Origin: Lytechinus pictus
Taxonomy: Eukaryota
NCBI RefSeq assembly: GCF_037042905.1
Contig: NC_087250.1
Coordinates: 16,244,001 to 16,308,000, forward strand
Length of the DNA stretch: 64,000 nucleotides
Direction of reading: 5' to 3'
How positions within the stretch are numbered: position 1 is the first letter of the stretch; each line of letters starts with the position of its first letter. Under the pieces are notes generated by a model. It saw only the letters and a list, made by a program, of their open reading frames with translations. It was not told the origin of the DNA and did not search any database. Below are positions 11,272 to 25,556 of the stretch, in pieces. A program made the position numbers and the translations under genes.

Positions 11272-13896
11272 TATTGTGACGTATCATCATAGGGGTTTAT
11301 GGTAGTATCCTCTACAACTTATTAGATCATGTTAAAATTTGAAAATGTTGGTGGCTCCCCCCATTATAGACCCCTCCCCCATTTTAAAATTCTGTACCCA
11401 CCACTGATTTGTCCATAAATTAAACTGATCATGAGAAATTGTTAGGAAAAGAATACATTTATGCAGTGTAAAGAGCATTCATTCCTAGGTTTTCGAATGT
11501 GCTCGCTCAACCATGAAAATGTTTAAAGTTCGGAAAGTGTTTGGTGATAGAAATGATGTATGATAAAAACATTAGCAATTAAAGTCTTATTTGAAACAGA
11601 ATTTGCCCCCAATATTCACTTTATTACCCTTTAAAATGAGTCTGTGACATTGAAAATACAAATTTTCCCACTTTGATGCGTGCTCACTCATCCATAAATA
11701 AACAAATCGATTTCATTTTTGCACAGAATTCTGCCCATAGGTTGATAAACATTACTGCCAAATGACATTGCTAAAGACAGCCGTGAAAAAAAGTTCCACC
11801 ATATTGAATAAGGGGTTACTTATTCTTAAACATGTGCACCCATAATGTACACAAGTCTATGAGAGACGAAGTCAAAATTTTAACAAATATGAAATGAGGG
11901 TTTGTTTCATGGACGGTTTTTATTACTTCTGCCAAAAGTTATTTCATGAAACTTCGTACATGGCTTCAGAGTAACACTATCCAAAAGGCGCGCACACCAA
12001 AATAACCATTCGATACGACACAGAGTGGGGCCAAGGCCTTGAACTTTCTTCTCGTTTGCATAATTTTCGAATATTGTGTGCTCACTGATGCATTAAACGT
12101 CGGGATTTTCATAAACATCGAATCAAATGAACTATGCAAGGAGGTTTGTGACAGATATCCATAGTAACAAATTGCATTTTTTCCAATAACGTACAAAAGA
12201 GCTAATCGCATTCCACATGTTCATTCAAGCGTGGATATTTGATTAAACGCCTTTGAATCATTGAAGCATGTTAATTGGTCATGAACATAACGAAAAAGTC
12301 GAGAAAATATCATTTTCAGTTCCAAAAATGAACCAATACTTGCCTATGATATTTGAAAATCGTATTTTTTGTTTTCAATAAATGTTCATTGAACCGTGAA
12401 ACGATGAATATTTGTGAAGAAACTCTTCCAAAAATAACTGTCATCATATTCTATCATTTTTATTGATATAAATGTGTCAAAAATCCAATTATAGCAAATT
12501 TGGACTTGTGTTTATTCAACCGTGAAATTTAGCCAAAAAAGTTGTATCGTCTTTTAGAGAGTACCTTTTACAAGCCTTCTGACTATTTTTTATGATGAGA
12601 ATGTGGAATTAGTTCCAATAAAATGGAATCAAAGTCATGATATTTGGCTTGTGACTTTTGAAAAGTGACATTTTTGCCTTCTGACGGTGCTCACTGAAGC
12701 ATGAAGTGAAATGCGTTCATAACGTTTACTCAGAGGGTAGCTTATAAAATTACCTACACGCTCATGTAAAAATATATTAAAAACTCGCATTGGTTCGGAA
12801 ATTATTGATGTTTGTTTAAGGGGGGACTTACTTTTTTTGTTGTGTATATATGGATCCGCTCAGTAGTTATTTAAACAGTTTAATCAATCTTAAACAATCA
12901 TGCTTGAATTATTGATAATCAAATATTTGAATTTTTCTATTTTATTTTGTTATTAACGATTTTAAACATGTGTTTAAAATGTTTAAACAACCACTGTGCG
13001 ATTCAGATAGTAATCAGCGTTGTTTAAATTATTTTTAACAGCGTATGAAGACAAACCGTAAAGTGACCAAAAACCCATTAGACTTGCACCAAACCATGTC
13101 TTAAATTCATGTCGGTTGACCATTATATGCTAATGCAATTATTCGATCGTCATGGTCGTGGCCAGGGAACAGCTTAGTGAAACTCATTTTTTTTTAAGTA
13201 GTTAACCATCATGGAAAGATCAACCAATGCAGATATCAGTATGACGTGTAAAAAATTGAGTCATAGGGTAACACAAGTCTTGGCTATACTCGTTCAAATA
13301 GCTTATTAATCTTATTTGTACATTCAAAGTACTTACAATACCTAAGTTAAGGTCAACCTCTGCATGTAGCAGAAGAAAAGCAAACAGACGTTGATTATGC
13401 TTTTGCTGTGTATTTTTCATTATCGAACGTTTGAAATCATTCATATTTCATAATAATGCACGATACTTTACCTACACGTTATGTTTCAGATAATGATAGT
13501 ACATGTACAGTATTCAAAGCAACATCCTCTAGGACATGCTTGATTCTTGTCTTTTCTGTAAGAACCACACTCAGTGAATATCTTTCATAAATAATTGACA
13601 ACCACGTTTAGATATTCGAAGTACCTGACTTAGCCAGGAAATTCTACTTTGCCCTCTTATTTAATTTGACACAGAGTCATATTTTACAACATTGACAATG
13701 GTTAGTGTTCACTGAAAGAAAAAGAAAGTGCCATCTGACATGGGACAAAAATCATACTATGAATCTTAGAAGACTTCTAAAAAGTGTAGACAAAATATAG
13801 ATATAGGAACTTTTATACTCAAGCTCCGCAAACTCGAACACCATGCGTGCCTCCAAAAGAGCTAAGTGTGGCGGACTGAATCAAGGCACACACTAT

Positions 13897-14064
13897 TGCA
13901 TATTTTGGCGGAATATTGGAATTTGCCAATTTGCGGAAAATGCTCAAGGTTACAAGAGTGGCATCATTCAGATTCGGAATCAGCACCCTCGAATTGACAA
14001 GAAACCAGAAAAAATTATATATCTAAAAAAATAGGTTCGACCCCTTCTCTATGGGGCCTATCCT
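13897..14064. mobile_element. Solo TIR fragment of the Academ-like family
   Basis: Close match to 10858-11020 (gcggaaaatgctcaaggttac...cagcaccctcgaattgacaa). Confidence 0.75.
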
Positions 14065-15389
14065 TTGTGTTACGGAGCCCGGTTAGCCTAATGCGGTGAC
14101 ACCTCCTACACAGAACGCAACTAGACATTTAAGTGCGACTCCAAGTCACTCTTAAATCTGTGTACTTACTCCGGGGCTGATATCAATATCTGATCACATC
14201 AAAGATGATGTGTCGAAACAACATTTTTTTAGCACTATTAGCTGATTTGTATACACCTTTACGAGCCCGAAACCGATCTGCTGCTGATTGACTCACAAAT
14301 ACACACACACGCCCACACCTGCATTACTTCACCCACACCCACGTCCTGAACAAGACACGCACGCACATGTTCATGTTCCGACAAAATCACACACAAACCT
14401 CAATACACATCTATACCATGGAGCTATTAATAGCTCCATGTCTATATACACCCTCAAACGCACGCTAAAACATAAAAATGCAAACTACAAAACCAAGCCA
14501 ATTATTGTGAACTATACCACGCCAGGAAATCATTATGTTGGGTTTCTTATGAAATTATTTATTAATGGGGCATCCTTGGGTTACGGTGAAATTGAAAAGT
14601 GATAAAAGCCCTCAAGGGAGATGTCGAGTTAAAAGTGTGATATAACGCGTAAAAAAAATCAGGCGGATGGCAATATCAGGCTGCATCGCTAATGGTGGGA
14701 ATGAATTTTCCATCTAATTTCTGAACAAAAGAAAAGATGAGCAATTTTTGAACACGATGTACTTCAAATTTCCATAGAAACACACTCACAAGAATCGGTC
14801 AAGCAAAAGCTTTGAACGTATTGACGTAAACCATTATAATTATATTATGTAGAGACATAGGGTCTTTATACATATTGCATGTCCTAGTCATGCAGTAAAT
14901 TAAATGGACATGGAAAGTGAAATGTATACCTTGTTCACATATGGTACTTCGGTGTATAGATTAATTAAAGTCAAATATGTTCACCATCAATCCTCGTGCC
15001 ATTATCGAATTGGGTGTAATGGTTTGAAACGCTGTGTTTTAATGAGTCTAGTTATACATGCTTTACGAGACGTCGTGAAGGTGGAGCCGGGATCATTAAC
15101 AAAGTAATTGGGACATAAATAGTTTGGTACATAGATAAAATTGATAAGGACAATGGGACAGAAATTAGTTAATCAAGATCAATTAAGGCGTTTGTAATAC
15201 TGTATGAAGTAAAGAAATCAACATAATTATTATAAAATCGGTTTCTATGAAATACCATCGCTAAACAGCTTCAAATCAAAACTCAACATACCAAGCGTTT
15301 GTAGCGTAATGTAATATTTAATTTGTTGAATAGTTTCTGCTCTCTATAAATCTAGTTGTTAGAAGTATTAGGAGCAGTACAAATATTAA

Positions 15390-15710
15390 TAGTAGTATAG
15401 TACCACCACCACCATCATTATTTTAATTATCACAGTAGTAATAATGATAATGTTATCATTAATATCATAATTACTAGTAGTCATAGTAGTAGTGGTTATA
15501 GTAGTAGTAGTAGTTTTAGTAGTAGAAGTAATATAGTAGTAGAAGTAGTAGTATTAGTAGTATTAGTAGTATTAGTAGTATTAGTAGTAATATTCGTAGT
15601 AGAAGTGGTATCAACACTATATCATTATCACTGTTATAATTTTTAATTATTTTATTGTTATCATTATTATTATTTTTATGGTAATTACCATCATTAATAT
15701 GATTAAACAT
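15390..15710. repeat. Degenerate (TAG)n/(TAT)n microsatellite region
   Basis: Runs of agtagtagt and attattatt. Confidence 0.8.
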
Positions 15711-15961
15711 TGTTATGTTATGTGTTCGAATTTAATAGTTTCCTGTATTTCAGATAAGAATCAAGTATATAATGATCAGGAAGATGGTGTTAATCATCCA
15801 AAAAATAAGTATCGTCAGAGAGAACAATGGATGAGTGCTATGAGGGTACAATGATTACTTAGTTTATATAGGAATCAAGAATCCCCAAACAGCTACAACA
15901 GATCATTGTATAAGTTTTTAACCCAACTGCACTATCCATTGCCCCTCACAAATGCACTATA

Positions 15962-16785
15962 CAGTGCGTCCCACAAAAAACGAAACCGAGATTTATCGAT
16001 GATTTATAATAACTTAATCGCAAATACAATAGACAAATGACCTACCATTTTAAAGCTTAGAATCTATTCTTTCATCTGAAATTACTTAGATTATTTCTCA
16101 TTCACGCATGAGTGAGTAAAAAGAATTTGAAAAGGGGATACCAAAAAGTCACTTGGCGGGCCGTATCTGGGTTTTAAAAATAAAACCACATTTTTAAAAA
16201 GTTCAATATCTGCTCTTTAATTTGATACCTCAATTACAGAATATGGTCAAGAAATAACAAAGTTCTGGTTATTTGAAATAAGGCTTCAATTTCAATAATT
16301 TCATAAAATGAAGAGGTTTTACAGGCTATCGTTCAAACTCACTCGACACTCCGTTTTGTTGACGATCAGCCATGCATTAACTCTTTTGTTACCGTGCGAT
16401 AGCTTCTGTGGGAAACCGGTGAAAACACGTTTATTTAATGAAATTATGGAAATACAAGCATTGTTTCGAGGGATCATAACTTTTTTACTACTTGATCCTT
16501 TTCTGTGATTTAGGTATCAAAGAAAAGAGAAGATATTGTACTTTTTAGTCATGTGATTTTCTTTTTGAAATTCAGATACCTCCCGCCAAATGAGTTTTTG
16601 GCATCCTTTCTTCGAATTGTTTTTGCTCAATCATGCGTGAATGAGGAATAATCTAAGTAATACCAGATGAAAGAGGAGATTCTAAGCTTTACATTGGTAG
16701 GTCTATTTTATTTGTCTATTTATTTATGATTAAGTTATGATAAATCATCGCTAAATCTCGGTTTCGTTTTTTCTGGGACGCACTG
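15962..16785. mobile_element. Tc1/mariner-type MITE with long TIRs
   Basis: TA|CAGTGCGTCCCACAAAAAACGAAACCGAGATTTA ... TAAATCTCGGTTTCGTTTTTTCTGGGACGCACTG|TA; inverted similarity extends for more than 250 bp. Confidence 0.85.
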
Positions 16786-18764
16786 TACAATAATAAATGT
16801 CCTTGATCGCTTCAACGACCTAGGACGTATTCAGGAAAATAGAAAATCTATTGTCAGGTGCCTTTCACGACAATGAACAACCATGCAGTAGTTGTCGATA
16901 ATTGATTAACCAAAACAAAATGTTTTCGAGATTCTAGACAAACGACATATTTGCAATTGTCCGCCAGCTCCGACACTTATGACGAAACTGCCGTACCGGT
17001 TCACCTATTTTCGACAAAGTGCTTCTAGCTGTTCGTTGTCAGTTGGCGGGCATTTTCAATTTGAATTGATATATTTTTATGGTTTCCTGTCAATTCGAGG
17101 GTGCGGATTCCGAATCTGAATTACTGTGTTCTTGAATTCATCGTGTGTCTTGGAAGCGAAAAATCCTTATTGTTTCTTTCTTAGCAACTAGTGGCCGGTC
17201 TAATTTCCATTTCCTTGAATATCCCAAATTCATCATTTTCTAGCTATACCACGAATTAAGTGCGATGGATCTTTATAAAAAAGAAAACATCTCTCCTCGC
17301 TCCGCCCCTCGAAATTTGGGCATGTTTGGGGGAAATTGTTCACCCTATCAAGCACTAACCCATTACACTTTTTCCCCCATTTTGTCACTGATGTGAGCCT
17401 TTTATGGACCCAAATAACGGTATATAAAATTATGGTTTCTTTAATAAACAAGTCGGTACAATTATCATTGACATATTTTTGTCATTATGCTTGGCCTAAT
17501 CGCGAAATGTAATTGCCCCTAAATTTGCAGGTCGTTTAAGTGCATTAAAAGGTTCTGGAGTGGTTTGTTATATCCGGTTTGACTGACCATTGTACTAAAA
17601 TGTCAATTTATTGGTTTGCCAATTGGAGTAGAATTAAGAGATCAATCCTGTTCTAAATTGGTTGCGAGGAACTTAAAACAAAATCATTTACCCCTCTTTT
17701 TTGTTTCTGATTTCTTTCTTTCTTTATTATTTATTTATGTTTTTTTATTTGGGGGGGGGGGGGGGCGAGGGTGTCGGTCGGCCAGGCTTCCACAGTGACA
17801 TTTTGACAAGGTTTTCGTGGAAATTGCGATACAGAGAATGGGAATGGGCATGTTTAAACGACAAAGGAACGTACGACTTTGCCATGATTTTTATTTCTTC
17901 AACAAGTATGACACCGATATCATCAACGAAAACAACAACACAGATTAGAATTACGACAACATGTATTCATTATCCTATAATTGATGAACTTCCTTATCAT
18001 TGCTAACAGAAATGTACAGAGAGCGCATGGAGGAGAGAGGAAATATGGAAAAAAGGTGCAGTTCTCATATATTACCCATTAAAACAGTTATGGATATAAT
18101 CTATGTTACATGTTCATCAACATAATGGTGAGACAGGGAACCATTATGCTTGGTTAGGATATTGCAAAAAAAAAAATGGCCATCTCTTAATTTGAAATCA
18201 TCTGCTATCATAATCATGTAAACTGTTACCACATTCGCCATGCTCGCTAAATAAAGGACAAATATTTTGTAGAACTAATTAACCTGCTAATATCATGCCA
18301 TTCCATATGAAGAAATTAAAACGAATTTATCCAAAACATAGAAGAATGTTATTGTATTAACAAAATGTGAAGAAACCTTTGCTGATTTTGTAACTCGTCC
18401 AAAACTGAATAATGGAATAATGAACACGAATCAATCGAAAAAAATGATTAGTTTCAATATTATTTTGCAATAAATTGTAAAACCCAAGCGAGATTTATTA
18501 ATGATGCATAATAATCGTATTCTACCGAACATTGTCAGATTGTAACGTAATATGAGGCCAAAGTGCAATATGATTAAAGATTACAAAACCGATATGGACA
18601 AAAATATTATTGCAGATTTGTTTTATACAGCTTATAAAGGCCTATCCATGTTTTCTGAGCTTTACTGGCAAACAGTTAAACATACTATCAAATCCTAAAA
18701 CTATCGAATGCCTTCAAATTTGGAAAATGTAACCATTCCGAGAAAAGTTTCGGTTCGTTTCGCT

Positions 18765-19100
18765 TATTCTGCTATATTCCCCACTATTCTTAACAGCAGC
18801 GGAAACTGACCTTCTGTTTCCAACGTTTATGCTGCTCACTCCCCACTATACTATGTTTTAACAATTGTTAAGGAGACCTAAGTTAATTCTGATTTTACCC
18901 GTTATGCTGCAATCTCCCCACTTTTTATTACAATACTGAGAACTAATTTTTTTTTTCCGTTATGCTTTTAACTCCTCATTATTTTTAACGATACAGAAAT
19001 GTTTCTGTTTCTACCAGTTATGCTGCTAACTCCCCACTATTTTTAACGATACCAAGAACTTAGTTTTTGTTTCTATCTGTTATGCTCTCACTCCCCGCCT
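18765..19100. repeat. Degenerate ~60-bp minisatellite (~6 units)
   Basis: Recurring ttatgctgctaactccccactatttttaac. Confidence 0.7.
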
Positions 19101-19799
19101 ACGCCCTTGCTGTTATCTTTAGAGTACGTGTGTCTGGATTGCGCGCGCATCCTTTGAACATTTTTTTTCTGTGAAATGAATAAAAAAAAAATCAATAATT
19201 TACTATAGAAACGTCAGTCTCTATAGGGCTACCCGTACTCGGCTTTCTGATGCTCGTGGAACCAAAAATGTGGATGACCCCGCCCTTGAACATGAATCAT
19301 AACGTATCATTTCAAAATTTCGTCCGGCTGGCCTGGCTTTTCTATGAACAGGATAAAGTAAACAACTCACATCAGAGTTTATGATTCTTTTTAAGTAAAA
19401 CTTTATTTCGTTATGTTAAACAATTGCTCAAGATCGACCGGAACCTACTATGTTGGTGGACATGGCTATTGTTTTATGACTAACGACCTTTCCTCCTATT
19501 TTGACCATAGACTCTCCTCTCCTTTCAAGACTGGCGACCCTATTCTACCAATATGACCAGTTACCCTCTTTTCGTATGACTAGCGACCTTCATACGCCAT
19601 CACATACCACAATATAAACTTCCAAATCGTGGAAATAGCACAATTATGCAAATGAAAGAGACAATTGCAAAAAGGAGATATTTCTAATAGTTATTCGTTT
19701 AATCACCTTTAAATTATCTCTTTTTACAACGACACCCCACACTCACAAAAGCGGTAGAGTTGGCAACTCTGATTTAAATGTGGGTCCGCCGTGACAAAC

Positions 19800-20436
19800 C
19801 TCCTGAACCCCTGTTACATAGTTTACACTGCCTCCCTAATAGACAACGGATCATTTTAAAACTACTTCTTTTGGTATACAAATCACTCAATAACCTAGCC
19901 CCAAAATATTTGTCTGATTGCTTAAAAATTTATGTCCCAGGTGCAGTGGCGTACCTAGGATTTTCCACAGGGGGGGGGGCAAAACCGTCCGCCAAAAAAT
20001 TTGACAAGCAAAAAAAAAAAAAAAAAAAAAAAAAGGTCTTCAAGCTCGTCAGGGGGGGGGGGGGGGGCAAAAAGGTCTTTCAAGCTCGTCAGGGGGGGGG
20101 GCAGGGATACGTCCTTTGCATGGGTTGTGGCTCGTCAGGGGGGCAGACTGCCCCCCTGCCCCCCCGTAGGTACGCTAGTGCCCACGTGGAAGAAGTAGAT
20201 CCTCTGAAGACCCACTTAATACTAAACGAACACAGACGTGAGATAGAACCTTCACTGTAGCATCGTCAATGGAATGGAACAAACCCCCTCTTACCTTAAG
20301 ACAACCCCAAACAGATCAATCATTTAAGAAGTCCCTAAACACTTTTTTTGTTTTTCATTTTATATGTATGTCATCCTGTATAACTGGGGCTATTTGGGAA
20401 AAGCGCATTATAAATATTGGGTATAATTATTATTAT
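19800..20436 (+). mobile_element. 3' fragment of an L2/Crack-clade LINE, interrupted by a MITE
   Basis: Translates to LHSLHCLPNRQRIILKLLLLVYKSLNNLAPKYLSD, matching the L2-type ORF2 C-terminal LHWLP..RI.FK.LLL.YK.L...AP.YL motif; ends aaagcgcattataaat...attattat. Confidence 0.75.
19944..20180. mobile_element. hAT-type G-tract MITE with 8-bp TSD
   Basis: TIR CAGTGGCGTACCTA / TAGGTACGCTAGTG; TSD cccaggtg / cccacgtg. Confidence 0.8.
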
Positions 20437-20476
20437 CAAAAAATAATTGAGATTGAAATTTTATAATTATCATTAA

Positions 20477-21058
20477 AGTGGAATGAAACTTTTGGAACAA
20501 GTAGGCTTGTGTCGTAACAGAAAATCAAAGAATAAGAACAAGAAAATTTGAGAAAAATCGGACAAATAATGAGAAAGTTATGAGCATTTGAATATTGCAA
20601 TCACTAATGCTATAGAGATCCTCCAATTGGCAACGCGACAAGGATGTGTGATGTCACACGTGAACAACTTTCCCTTTGATGGACTAAAAAATACCCCGAA
20701 AATGTCTCTTTTTGCTTTTTCTAATGGTGATGCAAAATCTTTATCCATGATGTATTTTAAAAAAATCTGTATTACATGCCCTCCTGTAGAAAGAGTATAT
20801 GATCTACCGATAGATGTGATAAAAGAGGCAGTTTAAGTGAAATATATAATAAAGTAATAGGGAGAGTTATTCTCAAGTGACATCACACATCTTTGTCGCA
20901 TTGCCAATGTGAGGATCTCCATTGCATAAGTGATCGCAATATTCATATGCTCATAACTTTCTAATCATTTGTCCGATTTTTCTCGAACTTTCGTTGATCT
21001 GTTTCTTTGATTTTTCTGTTATGACACAAGCTATCTTGTTCGAAAGGTTTCATCTCCT
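20477..21058. mobile_element. Kolobok-like palindromic MITE with TTAA TSD
   Basis: TTAA|AGTGGAATGAAACTTTTGGAACAAG ... CTTGTTCGAAAGGTTTCATCTCCT|TTAA; ~200-bp inverted arms. Confidence 0.8.
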
Positions 21059-23715
21059 TTAAATTATGTTTTGGATTATATCACAATAAGATGTTACAAC
21101 ATCACATACAAACGCGTGCGCGCGCACATCCACCCACACAAGCTTACACCCACCTAAACCCACACCTATCGACCCCAACACACTCACCCCCACACCCTTA
21201 ACCACCCCCACACATACCCTTACCACCCCCACTCACCACACACACCCTCACGTAAAGATGCATACTGCCAAGAAAAGAGATTAAACCCACGATGTCTTGG
21301 CATTCAATAAAGTCAACAAAGATGATTTGCTATAGTCAAGCAACTTTCCAGGAGAATGCTACACTGTAAAATCGCTGTTTAAGAATTCATGAAGTGCTGT
21401 TTACTGTATTAGATTTACAGTAATTGTTTAACAGTTCAAATAACCACGCCAAATTTAGTGAGAATCAGAAATTACACTTCGAATAAACAACTGCGTTAAG
21501 GCTTGTATAATAAAGAGTGTTGTATACAAAAACTAAACAACGTTTGTCGAGTACATCTTTGGACCAGTTCAATAAACTATTAAAAATGCCAATTTTATTT
21601 CAAAAGCGCTTTCATCGATTTTATTTCTCAACTTTATCGTTTGAATGAATTGCGAAACGCTTTGTAGTAAGCAGCTGCAAGGTAAAGGACACTATACCAA
21701 CATAATACTTCATGGCTTTTTATTAGAAATGTGATTTTTTTTGTGTGGAAATTGTGACACCCCCCCCCCTTGGCGTTCTTTCTTTAAATTGTAAATGCTT
21801 ATTTTCTTTTTTTTACTCACTCATGCGAGAATAAAGTTACACCAGGTAAAAAAAAACTTTGAAATGATATGTAATTTGTCTTTTGTACTTGTGATTAATT
21901 AAAAAAGAAAATCCACCATTTTCGTTTATTATATAAGGGACAGACTTTATGTAAATGTATAGATATATTCATATTTTAATGATATCTTATTTATCCTTCT
22001 TCAACTGTTCAAGCATGAAAATTGTTACAATAAGTCATACAAATTGTACATGGGCGATTCTTTTTCATTCAAATACTGAGAATGAAAAAGATTAATAGAT
22101 CACCTTCCATCGAACACTTACACTGTATTTAACTTATATCCACACTCTTCTTCTAGTTTTTTTCCCGTTAAAGCCATTCATTAAACTAAATTTTCCATTA
22201 AACAAGAACACTGTTTGTATTAAGCAGGTGAAAAGAAGAAAATACCTAATAATAATATCAAACCCACCTCCTAATACCCCCTTTCCCTCCTTTCCCCAAC
22301 ACTACGTCTAAACACACACACACACACACACCCACACACACCAATCTTCAAACTCAAACCCGCACGCACATACGCACAAGAACAATTCATTATTATCAAA
22401 TATTTTATGATGATTCAAACTATGCTATGCATTACTGGCAATTTATACGCTAATAAAATAATCTCTTAAAGTATATAGATATATATATATGAATATCTTA
22501 CAATCTAAACATTGCTCGATTATGGGCGGGAATATAAAAGTTATTTTGTCATTGGTTGGAATAAGCCTCTAAATACCCCCTGAGCGGGCTTAATCTAAAA
22601 AAAACTCGTACAAAAATCTAGCAGTTCACACGTAAAATGATACGTATCAGTTCCAGGTATGAAAGATTACCCCTATAAAAAAAACATTCGTGCAGCTTAC
22701 CTACTATAATTATCGAACACAACATACATCCATTGCATATCACCTATGATCAACTGGTCAACCCTAACAAAAAATAATATCAAACTTTTTCCATTTATCA
22801 TGAATCAAAACAATTTTTTTTAAAGGCACGTGGATTGCTTATATTCAGCAAACACCATAAAATGTGTTACGGTGATACTGATATTGTTGGGTTATTGATG
22901 AACTTTTTGAAAATAAAACACAATGGGGGGGGGGGGCTATTTATGTTATCAAAATTTGAATGGCTGGATTGTATGAATGGAAAGTCGTGATGTATTTGGG
23001 AGAAGTAGAAAACTCTCAATCGTGAATTTTAAGATGTTTTCGTGATAGTTATCAAGGGCGAAATATGGTCCAAAATATATATAATCATTATGTGTTTGCT
23101 CAATGATTCCAAATATCCCCCCCCCCCCCGAAAAGGGGGGGGAAATGAAGGTCTGTGTGTATAGTGCATGTGACTTATTTACGATGAATCCGCTTTTTGA
23201 AAATGGACAAAATTTCAGATAATTCGCGTTCTCTTTATATAATTCTGATATGTTTCAGATTTTTGATACTGATACAATAGTCATATGTTTTGCTAATAAA
23301 GAAGATGGGTTTCATTTGTAGTGGACATTAGTGCATAAGTTGAAACCAGCTATAAAGTCGGTCTACAATCAATGTAATTTCAATAACTGAGCCAAAGGAA
23401 TATATATATATATATATATATTGACATTACATTTTTAATAAAACTTACCCTATAGTCCCAGGTGTAAACACTCTTGAAGTCTGTACATCAGAATACCACT
23501 CATTACACTGGTTTCCATGGTTACAGAGAAGCTGAACACCAGTCATCACCCTGCGGAACGTGATAAATGACAATAATCTAAGAATAAACGACTGCTTAAT
23601 ATCCGCAGCTAGTTCAAGCTCATCTACAGCAATTACTCGACTAATATAAGTACGTGTCGTGTTTTCGACACGACTTATTGGCACGATATATATTATATTT
23701 CCGCCTATTCTCCGT

Positions 23716-24550
23716 TTGCACGCGCGTATGCGCGCGTTGTGCGTTTGATTCACGGATCTGTACCGCGGTGGTTGCTTGCTTTGTGGGGTCTGTTTGTTAA
23801 TGATCGAGAGGACGTCGTTTTGAAAGTGGATGTTGATATAATTGATTATTGCATTAATAAAATAGTAGAAGTAGAAGTGTTATAAAACAACTGGCATTGT
23901 CATCCATGTATAATTTCCGACTATTTCACATTTGCACTCACGTCTCCGCGCGTTGTGCGTTTGATTCACGGATCTGTACCGCGGTGGTTGCTTGCTTTGT
24001 GGGGTCTGTTTGTTAATGATCGAGAGGACGTCGTTTTGAAAGTGAATGTTGATATAATTGATTATGGCATTAATAAAATGGTAGAAGTAGAAGTGTTATA
24101 AAACAGCTGGCATTGTCATCCATGTATAATTTCCGACTATTTCACGTTTGCAAGCACGTGTGCGCGCGTTGTGCGTTTGATTCGCGGATCTGTATCGCGG
24201 TGGTTACTTGCTTTGTTGACTCTGTTTGGTGATGATCGAGAGGATGTCTTTTTGAAAATGGATGCTGATATAATTGATTATTGCATTAATAAAATAGTAG
24301 AAGTAGAAGTGTTATAAAACAGCTGGCATTGTCACTCATGTATATATTTCCGACTATTTCACGTTTGCACGCGCGTATGGGCGTGTCGTGCATTTGATTC
24401 ATGGATCTGTACCCCGCTGGTTACTTGATTTGTGAAGTCTGTTTGCTAATGATCGAGAGGATGTCTTTTTTAAAGTGGATGCTGATATAACCGATTATTG
24501 CATTAATAAAAATAGTAGAAGTAGACGTCTTACATAACAACTGGCAGTGT
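23716..24550. repeat. Tandem repeat, ~216-bp unit, ~4 copies
   Basis: Unit ttgcacgcgcgtatgcgcgcgttgtgcgtttgattcacggatctgtaccgcggtgg...ctggcattgtc starts at ~23716, ~23931, ~24147 and ~24364. Confidence 0.92.
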
Positions 24551-25148
24551 AATTTTCTTACGCTAAGTCACATTGACTGCAGACCAACCACAGATATTAA
24601 GGTACATCTAATTGAAAATAGATTTCCCTTATGTTGTAAAGTTTTGAACAATTGATTATTATGAAATTCAATCTACTGAACAGCCCTACTTATGTCATAC
24701 TATGATGTCTCCATTAACATCGTAATCTTAAATATAAAAGAAAGTAGTTGCAGAAAACAAGGTTAAATGCTGCTAAAATTATATCATCGTTGATCTTATT
24801 CTGGAACATTAAAATAAACTATTTTCAGAGCTGTTTGGCACATATTTATGATTTATAATGCCCCAAAATTGGGTGGTCATTTTTATTGCATTCTGTTCGA
24901 ACTTATTTTGAGATGGTCACCACAACTGGTATTTATCTTTAAGCCTTTGACCGAAAAACTGATTCACAATAAAAATAACTGCAGTGTGCGCGTTGACGAT
25001 CCTTGAACATATTGCTCAAATTCACAAAGGTGGTTATTAAAACTATTGGTTTTGCAAATTGCAAATTTTCTGTATGAATTACCCTAGTACACCCGTTGTC
25101 GTAGTTATCCTCGCTATCCTATTCATGAGTCCACTGTTTTGAATTAGA

Positions 25149-25556
25149 GGCCAGAATTCACAAAGGTGTTTTTTAAAACCATCGGTTGAACCCATGGTTT
25201 ATGCAAATATCCTGTATAAGTTACGCTTATTCACTGCGTGTATTAAAAATATTCAATGCTGATGCGCGCTTTTGTCACAGTGCGCTAATTTGACGCCTGT
25301 TGCCATGGTTAAGTACGCTATTTTATTCATTAGTCCACTGTTTGAAGAGTTGACTGATTTATTTAATACAGTGGACTAATGAATAAAATCGCGCGGATAA
25401 CCAGGGCAACAGGCGTCAATATGGCGCACTGTGACATAAGCGCGCATCAGCATTGGACATGTTTTAATATGGGCGGTAAATAAGCGTATACAGACAATTT
25501 GCATAACCCATGGGTTCAACCGATGGTTTTAAAAACCACCTTTTTGAATTCGGGCC
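25149..25556. mobile_element. Near-fully palindromic MITE (PIF/Harbinger-like GGCC termini)
   Basis: ggccagaattcacaaaggtg...aaaaccatcggttgaacccatgg / ccatgggttcaaccgatggttttaaaaaccacctttttgaattcgggcc; partial related copy at ~25019-25140. Confidence 0.8.

Larger units (their letters stand above)
8359..12844. mobile_element. Non-autonomous TA-flanked (Tc1/mariner-like) DNA transposon, copy 1 (~1.9-kb core plus nested insertions)
   Basis: TIRs CACAACAAAAAAAGTAAGTCCCCC / GGGGGACTTACTTTTTTTGTTGTG, each flanked by TA; internal sequence is the reverse complement of 35013-37890. Confidence 0.85.

Noticed and set aside
19778-20260. 160-aa ORF as a host gene
   Set aside because: Chimera of an L2 3' fragment and an inserted poly-G/poly-A MITE
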